The notes under the pieces were generated by a model. That model was not told where the DNA came from, searched no databases, and saw nothing but the letters and a program-made list of their open reading frames with translations. Of a DNA stretch of 64,000 nucleotides, positions 9,607 to 19,076 are shown piece after piece. The first letter of the stretch is position 1, and every line of letters starts with the position of its first letter. This DNA comes from Thermoproteus sp. (GTDB lineage Archaea > Thermoproteota > Thermoprotei > Thermoproteales > Thermoproteaceae). The position numbers and the translations under genes are program-made. The DNA lies in NCBI GenBank assembly GCA_049976425.1, contig JBMFIG010000004.1:1-64000 (forward strand), given 5' to 3'.

Positions 9607-10375
9607 GAGGCTCTTCATCCCCCACCACGTGACCGGCTTCTGGATCCCCACATACGCCGAGGATCCCCTCTCCACCGGCTCCGTGGGGGCCGGCGTCTTG
9701 ATAGGCGGGGCTGTGGCGGCCTACGGGGAGGAGGAAGGCGTCTGGTACAACGATCTGTTGCTCGAGCCGGGCGGAGGCGTGAGGATCTCGTCGGAATTCC
9801 CCTTGGGCTACGGCTACGCCGCCTCTGCGGTGGTGTCCATCGCAAAGGCCGTCGGTGCGTTCGGCCTCTCCCGCGAGGCCTTCACAAAGGCCCACGTAGA
9901 GGAGGCGACCCGCAGGACCGGGCTCGGGGACGTGCTGGCCATATATACAGGGGGTTGCCTAATCGTCAGGACCAGGCCGGGGGCGCCGGGCGTCGGGGCG
10001 GCCCACTCCCTGACCTGCCCCAACGTGTACGCGGTCACGGCAGATCTGGCGCGGATAGACACGAGACACATGCTCGCATCCCGCCACGAGGCCATAGTAG
10101 AGGCCGGCTCGGAGGCCCTCCGGATATTTATGCGGGAGCCCTCCTTCACATCTTTTCTGGAAGCCGCCGAGCGCTTCTCTAGAAGGGTGGGCTTCCTCGA
10201 CGAGAGAGCTGAGGCGTTGCGCAGACGCAGAGGAGTCCTGGGGCTTTTTGTGAAGAAAGGCGTGTTGGCGATCTTCGTGGAGAGGGAATGGGCGACCGAC
10301 GTGGCGGAGGAGGCTAGGAAGTTCGGCGAAGTCCACGTAAAGGAGCTGAGGGAGCTACGCGTCTCGTGGATATAG
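9599..10375 (+). CDS. Pantoate kinase (GHMP family, PoK)
   Basis: PHHVTGFW, GSVGAG, PLGYGYAASA and TGLGDV motifs; pantothenate cluster context. Confidence 0.9.
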   Translation: MGRRLFIPHHVTGFWIPTYAEDPLSTGSVGAGVLIGGAVAAYGEEEGVWYNDLLLEPGGGVRISSEFPLGYGYAASAVVSIAKAVGAFGLSREAFTKAHVEEATRRTGLGDVLAIYTGGCLIVRTRPGAPGVGAAHSLTCPNVYAVTADLARIDTRHMLASRHEAIVEAGSEALRIFMREPSFTSFLEAAERFSRRVGFLDERAEALRRRRGVLGLFVKKGVLAIFVEREWATDVAEEARKFGEVHVKELRELRVSWI

Positions 10376-11128
10376 GCCGCTCGCCAGCTCCTCCAGCCTC
10401 CTTAGGATGTGGCGCAGAGCCGAGGCCAGCACCTTGTCGTTGTTGTATTTACGCAACGCCTCTTCGAGCTCCCGGCGCTCTCGGCCCTTCATCGACCTCA
10501 CAGCCTCCACGAGCTTCGGCATAGCCCTCGTCACGTTGTCGACAATGGTGATAGTGGCCGACCTGGCCGTGCGGCTCATAGGGTTTAGGTCTATGGCTAT
10601 GACGGTCTTCCCCATCCTCCTTAAAGCCTCCGTCCTGTCGCCGTCCTCCAACGGCACTAGGACCACGTCGGCCTTGTAAATCCCCTCACAGCTGACCCTC
10701 CTCCTCTCGCTGAAGAGCTCCGGTATAGTGCAAGAGGCGTCGTCCCCCACGCCCAACACCCGCCTCGCCCCATGCCTCCTCAAGACCTCCGCGATCTTCT
10801 CCTCCCTCTCCCTCGTGCGGTAGAACAAGTTAACCTCAATGAGAGCCGGCACGACGTCGGCCAGCTCCACCACCGCCCCCGGCGTCAAGGCGGCCACGTT
10901 GCCGTTGACGCTGAGCACCGGATGCCGGGCGAGGAGGAGGGCCGCCGCGGCGGCCCTTATAGCCTCTAGGGCAAACGGCTGTGTCTCCTCGCCTATGAGG
11001 TAGTCGAAGCACTCGCCCCTACCCTGGGCGATCAGCCCCTGGACGGCGACGTACCCGTCCCTAAAGCCCTCCACCACCCTTTCCCGCTCCAATAAGCTCC
11101 TATAACGGGGGTGCGTCGGCGGGATCAC
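10355..11128 (-). CDS. Phosphopantothenate synthetase (PPS)
   Basis: HPRYRSL, GRGECFDYL, SVNGN, VPLEDGDR and IDLNPMSRT motifs. Confidence 0.95.
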   Translation of the reverse strand: MIPPTHPRYRSLLERERVVEGFRDGYVAVQGLIAQGRGECFDYLIGEETQPFALEAIRAAAAALLLARHPVLSVNGNVAALTPGAVVELADVVPALIEVNLFYRTREREEKIAEVLRRHGARRVLGVGDDASCTIPELFSERRRVSCEGIYKADVVLVPLEDGDRTEALRRMGKTVIAIDLNPMSRTARSATITIVDNVTRAMPKLVEAVRSMKGRERRELEEALRKYNNDKVLASALRHILRRLEELASGLYPRDA

Positions 11129-11249
11129 GTGGCTATGCTACAACGTCAATAAAAACGCAACTGCGGATCCGCCAGTAGGCGACAAAAAACATATGGGGCA
11201 ATTGCTATAAACAGCCATCGTCTCTAAATATTCTAATAATATTTAAAAA

Positions 11250-11852
11250 TTATATTATTGTATTTCTTTTTCGCGTAAATACTATTATAACTACTATAAT
11301 TATAACTAATACTATAGCTATTATGTAATAGATGGCGTTTAGGCTGAATAGTTGCGTGGTTTGAGTTGTGGACTGCGATACGGCTGTCGGGGCAATGGAC
11401 GCCGAAGTGTACGGAGCGGCGCTTGTAGACGTGGCGGGGGCGGCCGGCGCGAGGGAGAGCCTTATGGCGTAATACGATATGGTGATGGGGCCGGGCCCGA
11501 TCTCTATATACGTCCCCGTCTTGTTCACGGCGAGCACCTTATATGCGCCTGATATGTCCTGCGGCATGATGCCCGGCGGCACTACGACGACCGCCCCCTG
11601 GTCTAGGCTCAAGGAGACGGAATAGACGCCGCTTGAGTTAGCGTAGGCTGGGACGTACTCCACGTAGGCGGGCGCCCAGTCTTGCAAGACGTATACTCTT
11701 CCGCTGTAGGCCAGGGCGGGTAGAGGCGTGCCGTTGGTCGAGAAGGCGGCCACCGCCGAGGCGTTAGGCGCAGGCATGCTCACGTTGGAGAAAGCCGCCG
11801 GCGCCAGCATTATGAAAAGGAGCGGCGGTATCGTGAGGTTCAGGACTATCAT
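11250..11852 (-). CDS. Membrane-anchored surface protein with Ser/Thr/Ala-rich linker
   Basis: Hydrophobic N-terminus, several NxS/T sequons, C-terminal transmembrane helix followed by RKR. Confidence 0.75.
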   Translation of the reverse strand: MIVLNLTIPPLLFIMLAPAAFSNVSMPAPNASAVAAFSTNGTPLPALAYSGRVYVLQDWAPAYVEYVPAYANSSGVYSVSLSLDQGAVVVVPPGIMPQDISGAYKVLAVNKTGTYIEIGPGPITISYYAIRLSLAPAAPATSTSAAPYTSASIAPTAVSQSTTQTTQLFSLNAIYYIIAIVLVIIIVVIIVFTRKRNTII

Positions 11853-11853
11853 A

Positions 11854-13533
11854 TCAAGGTTTCCCGCCGCCCATCTTGCCCGTGCCGTTTATAGAGCCGG
11901 AGCCGCCCATCCCCCCGTTCCCCATCCCGCCGGACCCAATCGACATACCGCCGCCGGCAGAGCTGCCTCCGGAGACGCCGCCAGATACAGAGACGCCTCC
12001 GCCTGAGGTCGTTACAGTGACGGGGATGCCGACGATGGAGCTTATGGACGACGTAGATATGCCGAGACCGTGTTCTAGATCGGCTATGTGGATCAGTATC
12101 AGCTTGAGCCTATAGATATCGTTTAGAGCGGCAAGCCCGCCGTAACTGTCTACGTATACCTTCAGCTGCCGCAGTTGTTCCATGGGCACGTATACGCCTC
12201 TGTGCGTTTTCTCGACGTAGTACTGCCAATCCAGCAACTTAGCTATCTCGCAGAGCGTCGCGTACTTCAGCCGCATAGCCGACACGTTCGCGAAGCCCTC
12301 TCCGGCATATTTGGCCAACAGCTCGGTCACGTTGAAGTCGATACAGAGGGCGGCTATCTGGGGGCTAGTCGGCTGGCTCACCTCCAACGAGTTGTAGATG
12401 CTCTGCACCAAGCCGGCCGGGCCCCCGACTGACTCCAACGCCTTCAATATCCCTAGAGCCCTCTCGTGGTGCTCAACCGCCGCCTTGACCGCCTCGACGG
12501 CCGACGCGCTGGCGTTGACGCTCTCGAGGAGCTTCAACGTCTCGTTCAGCCTTTCTACCGACAGCTCGACGCGGATTAGGGCGTTCTGAACGCCGTACGT
12601 GCCGTTGAGGACGGCCAGCAGATCTCTGTCGGTTGCGTTGGAAATGGCGCGGAGGCCCCCCTCCACGCCTATATAGGCCAGCGCCGTTGCGGACTTGTTG
12701 AACAGCTCGGCCTCGCGGGCCAGGCGCGCGGACACCGTGGCGTTGACGCCGGCCAGCGCCCTCGCCAACGCGTTCAGCTTGCCCGCCAGATCCTCCAAGG
12801 CGGCCGACGCCGCGAAGTAGCCCCTATCGTTCGCGACTACGGAGCTCAGATTGGCCGCGGCCCTCGCCTTAACCCCGGCGAGCCCTCCGTTTGTCCATAT
12901 GTACCGGAGGAGGTCCGCCACCTCCTCGTGCCTCAGGCTGGCGTTCAAGACCTCCTCGACGGCCGTCTTGTTCGCGCCGACTTTCTGGAGTATCTCGGCC
13001 ACGGCCTTCAAGACAGCGGACGCGTTGGCGTTGGCCTCTACGGCTCTCCTATACCCCGAGTCGCGGGCGAGGGCTTGAGCCGCCTCGCGCAGGCCGCTTA
13101 CCTCCAGCGGGCGTAAATACCTCGTCAAGTTCGCCATGGCCTCCATCCTCGCCTCCTTCAGCCTCTGGAACACGGCCTTAGCCTGGGTTATGTTGAGGCC
13201 TAGCTTCTTCAGCTCGCCCACGCCCACAGCCGGAGCGAAGAACGCCTTTGTCCCGTTGGGCAACGTGGCGTTGAGGGAACAATACGGCACGGTCAGCTTG
13301 ACGCCGGACACCTCCACGGTGAAGTTGCCGGAGGCTTGCGCCTCGGCGATCAGCCGAGACGCGTTCTGGCCCGAGACGTAGGCCAGGTAGTTCACCAACG
13401 CGTACCACTTGACCTCCACGTCCGGAGGACACATCTGTTGCTGGGCCGAGGCGCCCAGGGCCAACGCCCCGAGCGCGGCCAGGCCTAGTATTATCCCTCC
13501 CACTATTATTCCTAGTGTTATTTTCCTTTCCAT
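11854..13533 (-). CDS. Secreted helical-repeat glycoprotein with Gly-rich tail
   Basis: Signal peptide, many NxS/T sequons, internal repeats, Gly/Ser/Met-rich C-terminus. Confidence 0.8.
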   Translation of the reverse strand: MERKITLGIIVGGIILGLAALGALALGASAQQQMCPPDVEVKWYALVNYLAYVSGQNASRLIAEAQASGNFTVEVSGVKLTVPYCSLNATLPNGTKAFFAPAVGVGELKKLGLNITQAKAVFQRLKEARMEAMANLTRYLRPLEVSGLREAAQALARDSGYRRAVEANANASAVLKAVAEILQKVGANKTAVEEVLNASLRHEEVADLLRYIWTNGGLAGVKARAAANLSSVVANDRGYFAASAALEDLAGKLNALARALAGVNATVSARLAREAELFNKSATALAYIGVEGGLRAISNATDRDLLAVLNGTYGVQNALIRVELSVERLNETLKLLESVNASASAVEAVKAAVEHHERALGILKALESVGGPAGLVQSIYNSLEVSQPTSPQIAALCIDFNVTELLAKYAGEGFANVSAMRLKYATLCEIAKLLDWQYYVEKTHRGVYVPMEQLRQLKVYVDSYGGLAALNDIYRLKLILIHIADLEHGLGISTSSISSIVGIPVTVTTSGGGVSVSGGVSGGSSAGGGMSIGSGGMGNGGMGGSGSINGTGKMGGGKP

Positions 13534-13575
13534 GGCCGGCCCTACGCAGAGGCCTTAAGTCGAATTTCCCGGAAA

Positions 13576-14223
13576 CTACGGGGGAACGACGGCGCGCTTT
13601 CTATTTCCCACGCGGTGAACGACGGCGTCGGCGAAGGCCCGATACCGGCCGTCCGCGACCAGCCGCGAGTAGGCCTCGTCTACGTTTATACTCGACAGGA
13701 GGAGATCTATATACTCCACTACGTATCCCACCAGCTCTCTCTTCTCGCCCTCCTCCAGCGAGCTCCAGAAGGCGGCCGCCAGCTCTAGAGGGGTCGGCGT
13801 CGGCGCGCCGCACACCACCGCGTCTCTCCCCCAGTAGCCTATGGCCAGCGAGGGCCTCGGCGGCTCGTAAGGCGGCGACGCGAAGAGGAGGTCCCACTGC
13901 CGTAGATCCACAGAGCCGAAGACCTTCGCCCTGACCACGAGGCCCGCCAGCCTCGCCGTGGCGAAGGCCCTCCTCCGCAGATCCTCCAGAGAGCCGTAGC
14001 AGGCCCACCTCCCCGGCCTCTCGCGGTATATGTAGAGCAGAGGCTCGAGGATCCACCCCAGGGCGCCCAGATCCGCGAAGGCCCCTCTACACACCTCGAC
14101 GGGTATGGGGAGGTAGAGGACGCCGACTCTCTCCGCAACCGCGTCTACGAGGTCGACGCAGGCCTCCACGCCGGCGCGCACCGCCGCCGTGGTGAGGATC
14201 AGATCCTCAGCGCTCCGCCGCAT
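13576..14223 (-). CDS. Hypothetical protein
   Basis: ORF with typical composition; start taken at ATG 14223. Confidence 0.65.
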   Translation of the reverse strand: MRRSAEDLILTTAAVRAGVEACVDLVDAVAERVGVLYLPIPVEVCRGAFADLGALGWILEPLLYIYRERPGRWACYGSLEDLRRRAFATARLAGLVVRAKVFGSVDLRQWDLLFASPPYEPPRPSLAIGYWGRDAVVCGAPTPTPLELAAAFWSSLEEGEKRELVGYVVEYIDLLLSSINVDEAYSRLVADGRYRAFADAVVHRVGNRKRAVVPP

Positions 14224-14573
14224 ACGCAGTCCGCCTCCTCGCAGATCCCGCGGCGCGTGCACGTCAACGCGATCACCCTGACGCCTCTAGGCGGAGGGAT
14301 AGGCCCCTCGATATACACCACCACGTCTGCCCCCGCCATGAGGGGTCCGAGATCGCCCGAGGCGTGTACGGCGTAGACGTCCCTGTAGAGGTCGGGAGGA
14401 GCTCCGGAGAAGTCCGAGACCGCCACGCCGCCTATCCTCCTCGCCACGGCGACGGCCTCTCTGGGAGGGCCCACGACAAGCCTCTTGAAGGGGTTCTTGG
14501 CGGAGAGGGGAGAGATCAAAAGGTCGGCGCCCAGTTCCTCGTCACCGCTCGGCGTTGCGGGTCCTCTCCACAC
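14199..14573 (-). CDS. Hypothetical protein
   Basis: ORF abutting the ridA stop codon. Confidence 0.55.
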   Translation of the reverse strand: MWRGPATPSGDEELGADLLISPLSAKNPFKRLVVGPPREAVAVARRIGGVAVSDFSGAPPDLYRDVYAVHASGDLGPLMAGADVVVYIEGPIPPPRGVRVIALTCTRRGICEEADCVCGGALRI

Positions 14574-14959
14574 TACCTAACCGCAATGACGGCTATTTCA
14601 ACCAACACGTCCCTGGGAAGCCTGGCCGCCTGCACCGTCACCCTCGCCGGAGGCTTCTCCTTGAAGTACTCCGCATACACCTCGTTGAACTGGCCGAAGA
14701 GCGACATGTCGGCGAGGAAGACGAAGGACATGACGACGTCAGACAAGCCGTAGCCCGCGGCCTCCAGCACCGCCTTTATGTTCTCGAGCACCCGCCTCGT
14801 CTGCTCCTTGATATCCCCCTTGACGACTTCGCCCGTCCTTGGATCTATGGGTATTTGGCCGGAGACAAACAACATGTTGCCCACCTTCACCCCCTGGCTG
14901 TACGGCCCAATAGGCTCGGGAGCGGCCTTTGTGTACACAACCTCCTTCATGACCGGCAT
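14573..14959 (-). CDS. ridA: RidA (YjgF/YER057c/UK114) enamine/imine deaminase
   Basis: [23 protein letters not shown] and LVEI motifs; start at 14959 or 14950. Confidence 0.93.
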   Translation of the reverse strand: MPVMKEVVYTKAAPEPIGPYSQGVKVGNMLFVSGQIPIDPRTGEVVKGDIKEQTRRVLENIKAVLEAAGYGLSDVVMSFVFLADMSLFGQFNEVYAEYFKEKPPARVTVQAARLPRDVLVEIAVIAVR

Positions 14960-15278
14960 TGCGTAGCCCCTTTTTAGGCTTTGCCCGAAGGCCCTCGCCT
15001 TCTGGACGGACAGAACGCCGGCAGGTCCGCGCCTCAACTCTCCGACCTACTGATTAGGCTGGGCTACAGGCAAAGGGCCGAGATCCGCGTACCGAGCTAC
15101 GGCACGGCTGTGTAGCGTATATACCGCAATAGCCGGATAGTTTGGAGGCGATCAGGACCGCGCAGATCCTCAGCCGGTAACAGAGACCAGATCCCTGGAT
15201 AGGGCCACCTTCCGGGGGTCTGTCGTTGGATCCTGGCAAGTCGGCGTAGGCGAAAACCGTACGGCTTTCCAGAAGGGT

Positions 15279-15371
15279 TGGTGGACCGGCCGGGATTTGA
15301 ACCCGGGATCTCCCGCGCGCCAAGCGGGCCTAAGGGAACGGCTTTCAATCCTTCCGCTAGACTACCGGCCC
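15279..15371 (-). tRNA. tRNA-Ala(GGC) with encoded CCA and an 18-nt intron at position 25/26 (15330-15347)
   Basis: Acceptor stem GGGCCGG/CCGGTCC with G3:U70, anticodon arm CCCGC-TTGGCGC-GCGGG, T-loop TTCAAAT; intron junction forms a bulge-helix-bulge. Confidence 0.95.
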
Positions 15372-15491
15372 TTTACATATATTTCTATTGGTTTTTAAGC
15401 TTTTCCCCGGTTGCCGCCTCCGGCAGATCTTCCGCACCTCGTGCAACATCTGGCCGCCTTTGGCGTTGCTCGCGTAAGGCTGTCGGCTTCC

Positions 15492-15746
15492 CTAGATATC
15501 GCTGTCCTCGCCTCCTTTAAGCCGCTGGAGCGCGTCTCTGGCCTTTTCTAGATGCCAGAGTAGCTCGTCTAGCTCGGCCTCGGTGAGGTCTGCGTTCCAC
15601 TTCTCGAAGAGCATCTCCATAGCCTGGGCGAGATAGTGCGCCGCCGGCCAGTAGGGGTGGTGCTCGGCCACGCCGGACAAGAGCGAGGATATCTCTCTGG
15701 CCCGCCGCAAAAGCGCTGAGGATACGTCGCCGGAAAAATCGCTCAT
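15492..15746 (-). CDS. Small helical hypothetical protein coupled to rps30e
   Basis: 84-aa ORF; ATGA overlap with the rps30e stop. Confidence 0.75.
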   Translation of the reverse strand: MSDFSGDVSSALLRRAREISSLLSGVAEHHPYWPAAHYLAQAMEMLFEKWNADLTEAELDELLWHLEKARDALQRLKGGEDSDI

Positions 15747-15910
15747 TCGGCCTCGGCTGTCTGCGCCGCGGAGGCGGCGTAGACCACCCTCCTTCTGTAG
15801 TTCCTGGAGTTGCGCCTTCGCGGCGTCAGGTTTTTCTTGGGCTTCGGCGGGATCTTAGGCGTCTGCGATCTGACCTTGCCCGCCTTTGTCAAGCTTCCGT
15901 GCGAAGGCAT
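15743..15910 (-). CDS. rps30e: Ribosomal protein S30e (absent from the ORF track, 55 aa)
   Basis: Translation [41 protein letters not shown]…. Confidence 0.95.
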   Translation of the reverse strand: MPSHGSLTKAGKVRSQTPKIPPKPKKNLTPRRRNSRNYRRRVVYAASAAQTAEAE

Positions 15911-16009
15911 ATGTCGGCTACCGCGTCTGTATTTAAGCTTAGCGCCCGGCGTCAGTTACGGCTAGGGCAGAGCACCGCAACCAATATATTTCGGGGAAAT
16001 TATCTTGGC

Positions 16010-16354
16010 GTGAGGCTGTATATGGCCGCATCTCTGGCCGTCGCAATATACCTATTTTACGCCCTTCACGTAAACTCCGTGGGCGCCGCGCTGTCGGTGA
16101 TAGAGGCGTCCCTCATACTGGGCTTCGGCCTCATAGCCTCGTTGGCGCCGGCGGCGGGCCCGGCCCTATATGCCGAGATCATGGCCCTGGCTCAGTCCGC
16201 AACCGGCGTTGCCCTGCCGCCGGTGCTGTACGTGGTCCTGACCTGGCTGTCGTTTGCCCTATCCGGCATGTCGACCGCCTTCCTCGCCATGTACCTCCTC
16301 CAGATGGGTAGGTGGGCCGCCAAGAGGGCCTTCAGGTTCCTCCTGTACTGGTAG
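16010..16354 (+). CDS. Small membrane protein
   Basis: About 3-4 hydrophobic segments; GTG start at 16010. Confidence 0.65.
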   Translation: MRLYMAASLAVAIYLFYALHVNSVGAALSVIEASLILGFGLIASLAPAAGPALYAEIMALAQSATGVALPPVLYVVLTWLSFALSGMSTAFLAMYLLQMGRWAAKRAFRFLLYW

Positions 16355-16367
16355 CGGGATCCCGTCC

Positions 16368-16697
16368 TCAATACTGCTGGTAGTAGTAGTACTGTTGATA
16401 GTATCTCTGGAGCTCCCTCTCGCGTCTGGCCTCCCTCCTCTCCTTCAGCCCTATCTCGAGAAGCTTGCCTCCCGTGAGGCCTATCGCTATTAGGGCCAGG
16501 GCCCGTATAGCGGCGGCCGCCACGGCGCGGGGATCGGGCATGTTGCCCAGATTTAGTTGGCCCAGCCCGGTCTGCACGATTATTGTGGTCTCAGGGATCT
16601 TCTGCAGATACAGCAGGGCCGCGGCGGCTACCGCGAACGCGACCAGCGCGGCCCCTACCCCTATGGCCGCATAGGCCTCGACCATATCGGCGTCCAT
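16368..16697 (-). CDS. Two-helix membrane protein with Tyr/Gln tail; similar to 31490-31780
   Basis: TM-loop-TM layout ending in TGGKLLEIG. Confidence 0.7.
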   Translation of the reverse strand: MDADMVEAYAAIGVGAALVAFAVAAAALLYLQKIPETTIIVQTGLGQLNLGNMPDPRAVAAAAIRALALIAIGLTGGKLLEIGLKERREARRERELQRYYQQYYYYQQY

Positions 16698-16715
16698 GGA
16701 ATATTAGAACCTCTT

Positions 16716-17351
16716 TTAAATTTCGACGACGCACCAGAAACAAGGCGTCTCGTCTCCGGCCCTCCTCACGGGTAGCCGGGGCCCGCCAGTCGCCAGCTCG
16801 TAGTAGCGCTTTTTAGGTATGTCGAGGAACTTGACGGAGCCGGGGCCCTCTATCTCGATCATCCTGGTCAGCGCGACGGCCCGTGCCCCTCCGGAGATGA
16901 CGCCGCCTTGAAGTATGATCCCGTGTCTGCTCTCGCCGATGCGCGCTAGGCGGGCTATGTACTCCCGCCGGGGATCGTCGCCGGATATGAATATGGGCCC
17001 GTACCGGGGCAGTAGATCGAGCGCCTCCAGCGCGAGGGCCGCGTGGATCCTCGCGAGGGCCTCGACGGGATCTCTAGGGGCCGGGAAGTAGGTCCTCGAC
17101 GCCACGTACTCAGCCGCCGCGTTTTCGGCGAGCGCCACTACGTACTGCCCAGTCTCGGCGCCCGATCCCCCGACCACGTTGCCGAAGGCCCAGCGAGCTA
17201 TCTTCTCCAGCCCCCTCGATGCGGCCCAGACGCTGTAGTCGTCGAGGAGGAAGGCCTTGACCTTAACCGCTATGTGGCCTCTCGGCACGTGGAGGAACGG
17301 CCTCTCCTCCTTGACCCACCTCCCGCCTCTGTAGAGGAGCTCCCACATCAC
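16716..17351 (-). CDS. Hypothetical protein (possibly degenerate MDR/alcohol dehydrogenase fold)
   Basis: ORF overlapping the upstream stop; only weak fold resemblance. Confidence 0.6.
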   Translation of the reverse strand: MMWELLYRGGRWVKEERPFLHVPRGHIAVKVKAFLLDDYSVWAASRGLEKIARWAFGNVVGGSGAETGQYVVALAENAAAEYVASRTYFPAPRDPVEALARIHAALALEALDLLPRYGPIFISGDDPRREYIARLARIGESRHGIILQGGVISGGARAVALTRMIEIEGPGSVKFLDIPKKRYYELATGGPRLPVRRAGDETPCFWCVVEI

Positions 17352-18256
17352 TTTATGAGCGACCTTATGCCGAAGGCCGCGCTTAAGGCGTCGCCGAGGA
17401 AGTAGGCGAGTGCGGCCACCCCCAGCAGAAGCCCCACCGTCTGGACGAACTCGCTTCTGAAGTCCCTGTCGGCGTAGACGCTGCCTTGGTAGGTGAACAT
17501 GAGGGCGAGCACCACGCTGACGGCCAGCGACGCGGCGAACGCCGCATAGATATTCTCAGCGAGGAAGTACGGGAGCGACATGAGGGCGGCCGCGACGACA
17601 TAGCCCACGCCGGTCACCAACGCGGCCACCGTCGGCGATTTGCCCGTCTCGTGCTTCGTCTGGAGGTAGGACGCAGAGGCCATGGATATGGCGGCGGAGA
17701 CCCCCACCACGAGGCCCACCACGCCTGTGATTATGGCGGAGCTCGTGGTGCCGAGAGCCCCCGCGTGGGTCCCCGTGATCTCTATGATGGCGTCGGCCAT
17801 GCCCAGGACGAGGGCGCTCATGTACTTCACGATCGCCTCGTCGAGCTGGCCTATGAACTCCTTCTCGTGCTCCATCTCGTCGGCTATAATGGCCTCGAGC
17901 GTCTTCCTGTCGTCGGGCGTCTCCATGAGGTCCAGCGCCATCTTGTACCTCTCGACCGCCTTGTCCTCGCCCCTCTCGAGCAGTTTGGCCGCGAAGGTCG
18001 CTCCGAAGAAGAGCCGCAGGAAGGCGAATAGATATGGGTAGATACGGGCCTTGAGGGAGGGCTTGTAGGAGCCGGCGAACTTGAGCCAGAAGTCGAAGTG
18101 CCGCTTCTCGACGTCGGACAGCCTCCTCAAGACCTCCCTCCTCTTCTTGTTCCACTCCACGCCGGCCAGCACCGCGTATACCCTATGGTCTAGGTACTCG
18201 TCGTCGCAGAACTCCGCCGCTAATTGAACTAAATTCTTTTTAGAATTAGCTTCCAT
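17348..18256 (-). CDS. Ferritin-like (rubrerythrin) domain fused to VIT1/CCC1 membrane domain
   Basis: ExxH motifs (EKRH, EMEH) followed by VLGMADAIIE…AISMA CCC1-type helices. Confidence 0.85.
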   Translation of the reverse strand: MEANSKKNLVQLAAEFCDDEYLDHRVYAVLAGVEWNKKRREVLRRLSDVEKRHFDFWLKFAGSYKPSLKARIYPYLFAFLRLFFGATFAAKLLERGEDKAVERYKMALDLMETPDDRKTLEAIIADEMEHEKEFIGQLDEAIVKYMSALVLGMADAIIEITGTHAGALGTTSSAIITGVVGLVVGVSAAISMASASYLQTKHETGKSPTVAALVTGVGYVVAAALMSLPYFLAENIYAAFAASLAVSVVLALMFTYQGSVYADRDFRSEFVQTVGLLLGVAALAYFLGDALSAAFGIRSLIK

Positions 18257-18433
18257 GTGAAGCTCGTTCGAATACCCTTTATAAGCCATATAGGCGTATG
18301 CGGAGGTGAATAAAACCTGCAGATCCTACGCCAATAGGCGGCACGGTATTACGCCGACCTCGCAGCGCCCAGCCGCCTGCGTTTGCCTTTCTGAACGGAG
18401 GACGGAAAACCTTTCGGCGGAAAAGGGGGGCGT

Positions 18434-19072
18434 TTAGAGCCGTTTTGTGCAGAACCACCAGGTCTTGCACTCGATGCCGGGCTCCTTGAGCCTCTTCTCG
18501 GCGTCGGCGTAGTTGTGCGGCGGAGGCACTATGACGGGGTCTCCGGGCTTCCAGTTGGCAGGCGTGGCGACGCCGTACTTGTACGTTGTCTGGACCGCGT
18601 CTATTACGCGTATTATCTCGTCTATGTTCCTGCCGTTGGAGAGCGGATACAGCGCGAACCAGGCGAGTCTCAGATCGGGATCTATAAGCGCCACCATCCT
18701 TACCGTCGCGGTGGTGCCGGGCGGTATCGCGTTGAACAAGCTGGCGACCTGGAAGTCCGGCACGTCGGCGATTATGGGGAACGGTATCTCGACGCCCCAC
18801 AGCTGTTTGATCTGCCTCTTCCACTCTATGTGGCTGATGTCGGTGTCCACGCTGAGGCCGAGGAGCTCGACGCCCCTCTTCTTGAACTCGTCGTACTTCT
18901 TGGCGAACTCGATGAACTCGGTGGTGCACACCGGCGTGAAGTCGCCCGGGTGGCTGAAGAGCAACAGCCACTTGCCTTTGTAGTCCTTGAAGCACCTCCT
19001 GCCCATGTCTGTGTTGAAGCACAGATCCTCGGGTATCTGCATCCCGAGGTAGGGACCTTTCACCTCGACCAT
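18434..19072 (-). CDS. Peroxiredoxin (Prx6/archaeal type)
   Basis: SHPGDFTPVCTTE, GRNIDE, PANWKPGD and WWFC motifs. Confidence 0.95.
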   Translation of the reverse strand: MVEVKGPYLGMQIPEDLCFNTDMGRRCFKDYKGKWLLLFSHPGDFTPVCTTEFIEFAKKYDEFKKRGVELLGLSVDTDISHIEWKRQIKQLWGVEIPFPIIADVPDFQVASLFNAIPPGTTATVRMVALIDPDLRLAWFALYPLSNGRNIDEIIRVIDAVQTTYKYGVATPANWKPGDPVIVPPPHNYADAEKRLKEPGIECKTWWFCTKRL

Positions 19073-19076
19073 GGGG

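Noticed and set aside
14960-15278. Possible integrated element downstream of tRNA-Ala
   Set aside because: No integrase and no duplicated tRNA end seen in the window
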